A stretch of 22,749 bases of DNA from an uncultured Acidobacteriota bacterium (GTDB lineage Bacteria > Acidobacteriota > Vicinamibacteria > Vicinamibacterales > UBA8438), in NCBI GenBank assembly GCA_913043225.1, contig CAJWLU010000036.1, forward strand, positions 1 through 22,749. Direction: 5' to 3'. Of the stretch, positions 17,872 through 22,749 are shown piece after piece. The position numbers were made by a program, and so were the translations under genes. Position 1 is the first letter of the stretch. Every line of letters starts with the position of its first letter. The notes under the pieces were generated by a model. It did no database searches and was not told the DNA's origin. It was given only the letters and a program-made list of their open reading frames with translations.

Positions 17872-18792
17872 CTAGCGGAGGTATCCCCGCCTCGCAGTAA
17901 CCTGGAGCCCGCGTCCTTCGACGGCCACCTCAAGTGCGTGCCACCCGCTGTCGCCCACCCCGCTCGGCGCGTAAGTCAGCACATAGCGACTCCGGAACTC
18001 GCTGATGACACGGGCAAACAATTCCCGCAACCTTCCCAAATCGTTCGAGATCTGCAGGGATCCACCAGTGTCACTCACCAGCCGACCGAGATAGGCCCGA
18101 CGAAAGAGGTCCGGCTCGAGAGGAAACCACTCCCGGACCCATGCCTGTCGCTCGCGGGTGACGAATGAGTCAGACGGTCCTCTATCGAGAACGACGCCGT
18201 ACACCACGACGTCGCTCCGGTGCGCGACGTCCAACACATCCCGCGGGTCTAACCAGCTCGCAGTGTCGTCGCCGTCGCTAAACACCAGCATGAGGGTGCG
18301 CCCCTCGGTGCGCTCTCGAAGCGCCAGTCCAGTAAACGTCGCGTCATACAGTGCGGTCGCTCCACCGGCTCTGACCCGCGACAACGCCGCTGGGAGCGCA
18401 TCAGCCGACGCACTCGGGTCGAGACCGAGCCTCACTCGATCCGAAAACGTCACCAACCCTACCCGGTCGTCTGAACGCAGCGCTTCTCCGGCCGCACGCG
18501 CCGCGACCTTGAGCTGCTCAAGCCCGCGCCCTCCGACACTGCCGCTAACGTCGAGCACCAGCAGCAGCGTGATCGGGACCCCGTCCAGTTCGAGACTCTG
18601 GATCCGCTGCTCGACACCGTTGTCCTCCAGGGCGAAATCGGCCAGAGTGAGATCAGTGACCGGCTCACCACGCCTAGTCACCAGGACGTCGACCGACACC
18701 GCATCGACCGCCGAACGGAAGGTTTGGGCCGCCGCCGGCGCGACCAAACTCAGCACCAGCGCGACCGCGACGGCGCACCCCTGGGCGGTCAT
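17872..18792 (-). CDS. Acidobacterial VWFA-related (VWA domain) secreted protein
   Basis: Q-TFRSAVDAVSVDVLVT, DF.L.DNGVEQ, MIDAS DVSGS, TALYDA, FSDGDD, TGG, RYVLTYAP, V.ARRGY. Confidence 0.92.
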   Translation of the reverse strand: MTAQGCAVAVALVLSLVAPAAAQTFRSAVDAVSVDVLVTRRGEPVTDLTLADFALEDNGVEQRIQSLELDGVPITLLLVLDVSGSVGGRGLEQLKVAARAAGEALRSDDRVGLVTFSDRVRLGLDPSASADALPAALSRVRAGGATALYDATFTGLALRERTEGRTLMLVFSDGDDTASWLDPRDVLDVAHRSDVVVYGVVLDRGPSDSFVTRERQAWVREWFPLEPDLFRRAYLGRLVSDTGGSLQISNDLGRLRELFARVISEFRSRYVLTYAPSGVGDSGWHALEVAVEGRGLQVTARRGYLR

Positions 18793-19871
18793 GGCTCGAC
18801 CTCGCGTCGTAGGTCGGCCCGCAGTTCAGGACCCGCGCCAACCCCCAGACGGAAGTCAACCCAGGGATCGGGTAATCCACTGGTGGCCGACGCCGCCAGG
18901 AACGGATCGAGCACCGCCGCTGCCTGCTCTCTGGCACCGCCGCGGTCCAAGCTCCAAGCCAGCGCCACCCGAGCGGACTGTCCGTCGGGCAACAGGTCGA
19001 TCGCCTCCCAGAGCCGGCGCTCCGCCTCCGCTGTCTCGCCAGCCTCATCAAGCAGCTCGGCAAGCAAGAGTCGGCATAGATACGCCTCCTCGACACCAAG
19101 ATCCCCTCGCACCGCGATCCCCTCGAGCAACGCCCGCACCGAGTCGCCTTGTCCGAGAAGCATCCGCGCTCGCGCCAGCCGTAGGCCGGCTTCAACCTCG
19201 TCGGACGAACGCTGCCAGGCGGCACCCGCACGACGCACCGCGCTCAGCAGGCGCGCCTGCTTCCGCTCCTGGAGCCCCCGCAGTTGGCCCTCGCCAGTCC
19301 CATCGAGTATCACCGGGGCGAGGGCGAGCCCTTCGTAGAACCAGGCAGACATCGTCAACAACGCAACATCGTCGACCAGACGCTCGATCGCGACCTCGGC
19401 GAACGCGACACCGCCCTGCCATCCGCCGCGCTCGAACGTCAGCAGAGCGACCGAGCGATACCAGCGCCGCCGGAACGACTCGGACGGTTCCGGATCGCGA
19501 GCGGCCTGCTCGATCCAGCGTACGGCCACCTCGATCTGCTCGTTGGCCGCGCGTTCCCGTCCCCGCAGCCAAACCTGCTCGGCCGCATCTAGATGAAGCA
19601 TGGCGGCGCTCCTGAACAACTGTTCCGCCAGAGCCGGACGCGCGTCAGTACCAATCAACCGACGGTCGGGATCCCGCACCCGGTCTATGAGCGCATGCAC
19701 CACGTCCGGTTCGAGCGACAGCACCTCGCCAACCGCCACGTCGTAATCGCCACTCCGATACGCGTCAACCACTGTGCGATAGGGGACAAGTTCATCGCTG
19801 AACCAGAAATCACTCTGCGCCCAGGCGGGCGAAGCGGTCAGCACAACTATCCACGGCAACAGGCTTCTCAT
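18789..19871 (-). CDS. Secreted TPR-like helical repeat protein
   Basis: Signal peptide AWA-Q; Ala/Leu-rich helical repeats (EAGLRLARARMLLG, YLCRLLLAELL, PDGQSARVALA); C-terminal DPW. 4 nt overlaps with both neighbours. Confidence 0.8.
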   Translation of the reverse strand: MRSLLPWIVVLTASPAWAQSDFWFSDELVPYRTVVDAYRSGDYDVAVGEVLSLEPDVVHALIDRVRDPDRRLIGTDARPALAEQLFRSAAMLHLDAAEQVWLRGRERAANEQIEVAVRWIEQAARDPEPSESFRRRWYRSVALLTFERGGWQGGVAFAEVAIERLVDDVALLTMSAWFYEGLALAPVILDGTGEGQLRGLQERKQARLLSAVRRAGAAWQRSSDEVEAGLRLARARMLLGQGDSVRALLEGIAVRGDLGVEEAYLCRLLLAELLDEAGETAEAERRLWEAIDLLPDGQSARVALAWSLDRGGAREQAAAVLDPFLAASATSGLPDPWVDFRLGVGAGPELRADLRREVEP

Positions 19872-20461
19872 TGAGGTTTGCGCACCGCTAGCATGAGCAC
19901 ATCTCGTGCTCGCTCTGAGGTGAGCACCTCCACGTCGAAGGATGGCAGCCCGGGGGCGTTGGCAAACGCGCGGCGCGCCTGCCCACGCCAGTCTTTATGG
20001 CGACGGCCGTGCTGGTAGCAGACCAACAGGTCGCCAGGTTGCAGCGCCTCGAAGAGGGTCGCCACCTCCTCCGAGGAGACGTGCTCGGGACCGGGCTGCT
20101 CAGCAACCACACCGATGTCGGGGTCGAGGAACAACACGAGGGGTGTCTCTCGGGGAACTCGGACCCGGTCAACCACTCGTGAGAAATAGCGGCGACGGTC
20201 GCTGAACGGCTCACGCAGCACCTCGATCGACAGTCCAGTTACCTCGCCCAAGCGCCTAATGTCCTTGAGATCGCGGAAGTGGGCGGCAACCGCCTCAGGC
20301 GGCCTCACCCGGCCCCGCGAAGTCTGCAGCTGCGGCATTTCTCCATCCGGCCGGCACATGGCCACTTGAATGACCGCCTGTACCTGTTCCCGCTCTGCCA
20401 GATGGACCAGCGCGCCCCACTTGACGAGATCGCGATCGTTCCCGTACCACTCCTGCCGCAT
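19868..20461 (-). CDS. Conserved hypothetical protein, possible RlmJ-like methyltransferase fold
   Basis: Operon position; motifs WYGNDRDLVKW, LVLFLDPDIG, EHV, YQH. Confidence 0.7.
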   Translation of the reverse strand: MRQEWYGNDRDLVKWGALVHLAEREQVQAVIQVAMCRPDGEMPQLQTSRGRVRPPEAVAAHFRDLKDIRRLGEVTGLSIEVLREPFSDRRRYFSRVVDRVRVPRETPLVLFLDPDIGVVAEQPGPEHVSSEEVATLFEALQPGDLLVCYQHGRRHKDWRGQARRAFANAPGLPSFDVEVLTSERARDVLMLAVRKPQ

Positions 20462-20468
20462 CGTTCCC

Positions 20469-21764
20469 CTATCCCCGGAAGCTCCCGCGCCGCGCCTCGA
20501 GCTGCTCCCAACGACCGTAGGCCTGGCCCACCTGCTCCTGCACGCTCTCGAGCCGGGCCATCGTCTCCTTGATAGCGTCGGCCGCCTCCTGGTAGAACGT
20601 CGGTCCGGCGACCATGGCGTTCAACGTATCCAGCTCGCGCTCCAGAGCTTCGATCTGCCCCGGGAGTGCCACCAGCTCCCGCTGTTCGTTGTAAGACAAC
20701 CTCGCCGAGCCATCGGACATCTTGCGAGATGCGGGCCTGGGCCGCACCTCGGCCGGGTCCGTGTCGCCCGACGGCGCAGGTTGCTGCCGCAACCAGTCGT
20801 CATAACCGCCGACATACTCGCGGACCTGCCCCTCACCTTCGAACACCAGCGTGCTGGTCACTACGTTATCCAGAAACGCCCGATCGTGACTGACGAGCAA
20901 GACCGTGCCGGGCCAGGTCACGAGCTGCGCCTCAAGCAGCTCCAGGGTCTCGACATCGAGATCGTTCGTCGGCTCGTCAAGCACCAAGACGTTCGCCGGT
21001 CGGGTGAAGAGCCGCGCCAGCAGTAGCCGATTGCGCTCGCCTCCCGAGAGGGCGCGCACCGGAGAGCGCACCCGCTCGCGGGAAAACAGGTAGTCCTCAA
21101 GATAACCGTGTACATGCCGCGACGCACCGGCCACCGTCACCGTGTCGTTTCCCTCTCCCACCGTCTCGAAGACCGTCCGGTCAGGGTCGAGCTGCTCACG
21201 TTGCTGATCGTAGTACGCCACCTCGACCCGGTGCCCCTTCCGCACCTCTCCCCGGTCCGGTTCCTCGGCGCCGAGCAGCAATCGAAGAAGTGTGGTCTTG
21301 CCCGCACCGTTGGGGCCAATGAGCCCGATCCGGTCTCCCCGCAACACGTGGGTCGAGAAGCCGTGAATCACGCGGGTCTCCCCATAAGCTTTGTGCAGAT
21401 CGTCGACCTCGAACACGACCCTGCCTGGATCACCCGCATGGGTCGCCCGGAGACGCACAGGCCCACTGCGCTGTCTCCGAGTGGCTCTCGCCTGACGCAT
21501 CGCCTGCAACGCCTTCACGCGGCCCTCGTTACGGGTCCGGCGCGCCTTGATCCCTCGACGGATCCAGGCCTCCTCGACCGCCTGTTTTCGGTCGAGTCTG
21601 GCCCAGCGCGCTGCCTCGTCCGTCTCGCGCTCCTCCTGCCGGCGCAGATAGTTCTCGTAGTCGCCGGACCACGAGGTCACCTGCCCCCGATCGAGCTCGA
21701 CGATCCGGGTCGCCACCGTCTTCAAGAATCGACGGTCATGGGTCACCAGCACCACGGCGCCGCC
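20469..21764 (-). CDS. uup: ABC-F ATPase Uup, 5'-truncated (first ABC domain missing except its H-loop)
   Basis: VTHDRRFL, linker EEAWIRRGIKARRTRNEGRVKAL, Walker A GPNGAGKTT, LSGGERNRL, LDEPTNDLD, VSHDR, C-terminal LSYNEQREL coiled coil. Confidence 0.9.
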   Translation of the reverse strand, partial: GGAVVLVTHDRRFLKTVATRIVELDRGQVTSWSGDYENYLRRQEERETDEAARWARLDRKQAVEEAWIRRGIKARRTRNEGRVKALQAMRQARATRRQRSGPVRLRATHAGDPGRVVFEVDDLHKAYGETRVIHGFSTHVLRGDRIGLIGPNGAGKTTLLRLLLGAEEPDRGEVRKGHRVEVAYYDQQREQLDPDRTVFETVGEGNDTVTVAGASRHVHGYLEDYLFSRERVRSPVRALSGGERNRLLLARLFTRPANVLVLDEPTNDLDVETLELLEAQLVTWPGTVLLVSHDRAFLDNVVTSTLVFEGEGQVREYVGGYDDWLRQQPAPSGDTDPAEVRPRPASRKMSDGSARLSYNEQRELVALPGQIEALERELDTLNAMVAGPTFYQEAADAIKETMARLESVQEQVGQAYGRWEQLEARRGSFRG

Positions 21765-21920
21765 GGCGATCAGCGTCTCCAGCTCGTAAGCCCGGTAGAC
21801 ACCGCCCCAGGCGGTCACCAACGCATAAACCACAAGGGCCGCCAACACCCCCATCAGAGAGTTCTTGGCGGCCCCGTAGTCGACTCGTTTCAGAACCTTG
21901 CGATCTTTTCGGTAAATCAC
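21765..21920 (-). CDS. 5' fragment of an unrelated membrane-anchored protein, joined in frame to uup
   Basis: GTG-start MIYRKDRKVLKR..SLMGVLAALVVYALVTAWGG, a basic N-terminus plus one hydrophobic helix, with no ABC motifs. Junction position uncertain by about 25 nt. Confidence 0.5.
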
Positions 21921-21982
21921 CCGTCCACCATCCTCGGACGAAGAAGGCGCTAAAGGTAACACCGTCCAACCGGACAGGCCAC

Positions 21983-21998
21983 TTTACGTTAACGTAAA
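21983..21998. promoter_or_regulatory. LiuR operator palindrome
   Basis: Perfect 16 bp palindrome TTTACGTTAACGTAAA matching the known LiuR consensus TTTACGTwwACGTAAA, directly upstream of a MerR gene. It overlaps a possible -35 TTTACG, 17 nt from TAATCT (22006-22011). Confidence 0.88.
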
Positions 21999-22019
21999 CT
22001 TCCCCTAATCTTTTCCGCC

Positions 22020-22400
22020 ATGACACTCAAGCAAAGCTACGGCATCGGCGAGCTGGCACGGGAATTCGACGTGACCACGCGCACCATCCGTTTTTACGAA
22101 GACCAGGGCCTGCTTACGCCCCGCCGGCGCGGCCAGACGCGCATTTATTCGCCGGCGGACCGGGTCGCCCTGAAGCTGATCCTGCGCGGTAAACGCCTGG
22201 GCTTCTCGCTGGCGGAATCCGGCGATCTGATCCGCCTCTACCAGCCCACCGGCGACAACCGCCAGCAGCTCGGTGCCCTGCTTGAAAAAATCGAAGAGAA
22301 ACGTACCCAGCTACAACAGCAACTGGTCGACATCCAGATCATGCAACAGGATCTGGACGCGGCCGAGGAACGCGCCAGGCAGGCGCTGAAGGAATTGGAG
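22020..22400 (+). CDS. liuR: MerR-family regulator LiuR, gammaproteobacterial type, native stop lost at a junction
   Basis: YGIGELAREFDVTTRTIRFYEDQGLL.P.R.GQTRIYS..DRV.LKLILRGKRLGFSLAE plus coiled coil, with its cognate operator upstream. Confidence 0.85.
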
Positions 22401-22718
22401 GAAAGCGCAATAAAAAGATTGCGAAAAGAACCAGATGAAGTTGAACAACAAGAAGAAACGGAAGAAGAGACTAACGACGATTTTGAAAATTTATATAAAG
22501 GTCAGATTTCAAAGAGTGGTGTAGCTATTTTACCATCAAAAAGAACTAGAAGAATACCAGAAGCAAAAAAACCTGAGCAAAGTAATTTAGCTAAAGAAGC
22601 ATTGTCTGAGCTAAAAGCAGAACAGCCAGAAATTAAAGAAGAGAATTTAGAAAAGGAAGAAGCACCTCTTGAACTTAAAGAGGAAGTTTCTACAAAAGAA
22701 GAAAATACATCAGAATAA
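22400..22718 (+). CDS. rpoZ: Low-GC 3' gene fragment resembling the C-terminal half of SAR11/Pelagibacter RNA polymerase omega subunit
   Basis: GC falls to about 30% (18/60 in 22441-22500). SAIKRLRK...DDFENLYKGQISKSGVAILPSKR followed by an acidic tail matches my recollection of Pelagibacter RpoZ; not verified by search. Confidence 0.6.
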
Positions 22719-22721
22719 ACT

Positions 22722-22749
22722 ATGATTAAGACAGTCTCAGTTGCACCAA
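22722..22749 (+). CDS. Start of a probable tRNA-dihydrouridine synthase (DusA-like), runs off the window
   Basis: MIKTVSVAP followed by A, compatible with the SVAPM motif that opens Dus enzymes. Only 9 codons visible. Confidence 0.45.

Noticed and set aside
18158..19615. 485 aa plus-strand ORF
   Set aside because: Arg/Pro/Ser-rich off-frame translation opposite the VWA and TPR genes.
21765..21920. MltF N-terminus as the identity of the foreign fragment
   Set aside because: Only a vague TM plus LE..I..G resemblance; too short to support.
21765..22749. Genomic island or mobile element insertion
   Set aside because: No integrase, transposase, tRNA or terminal repeats; both breaks fall inside housekeeping-type genes, which fits chimerism better.
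1..22749. CRISPR array, tRNA, rRNA, known riboswitch, reverse transcriptase or defence genes
   Set aside because: No spaced direct repeats or recognisable motifs found; intergenic gaps are all under 200 bp.

Overview
Bases 1 to ~21,770 are a gene-dense, high-GC (roughly 65% by eye) segment whose gene families are typical of Acidobacteriota (Vicinamibacteria-like; inferred from gene content). In order: a GT2 glycosyltransferase running off the left edge; a secreted ankyrin protein divergent from a DUF1592/PSD di-CxxCH cytochrome plus DUF1552 (HxxSHH) pair; a mono-CxxCH probable lipoprotein; DUF2164; a PQQ dehydrogenase with a D-x-D motif but no vicinal Cys-Cys; a secreted hypothetical; a serine/alanine-glyoxylate aminotransferase divergent from a YdiJ-like FAD/Fe-S oxidoreductase; an NHL propeller; two VWA-type proteins; a TPR protein; an RlmJ-like hypothetical; and the 3' part of uup. 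The last ~1 kb looks chimeric. Uup is cut at ~21,770 and joined in frame to a gammaproteobacterial-like fragment carrying liuR and its perfect operator, which is joined at ~22,400 to ~30% GC DNA resembling a SAR11 rpoZ tail and the start of dusA. The best candidate for an uncharacterised system is the periplasmic ankyrin/DUF1592/DUF1552 redox module, whose divergent promoters appear to share one -35 element. All family assignments come from motif recognition, not database searches.
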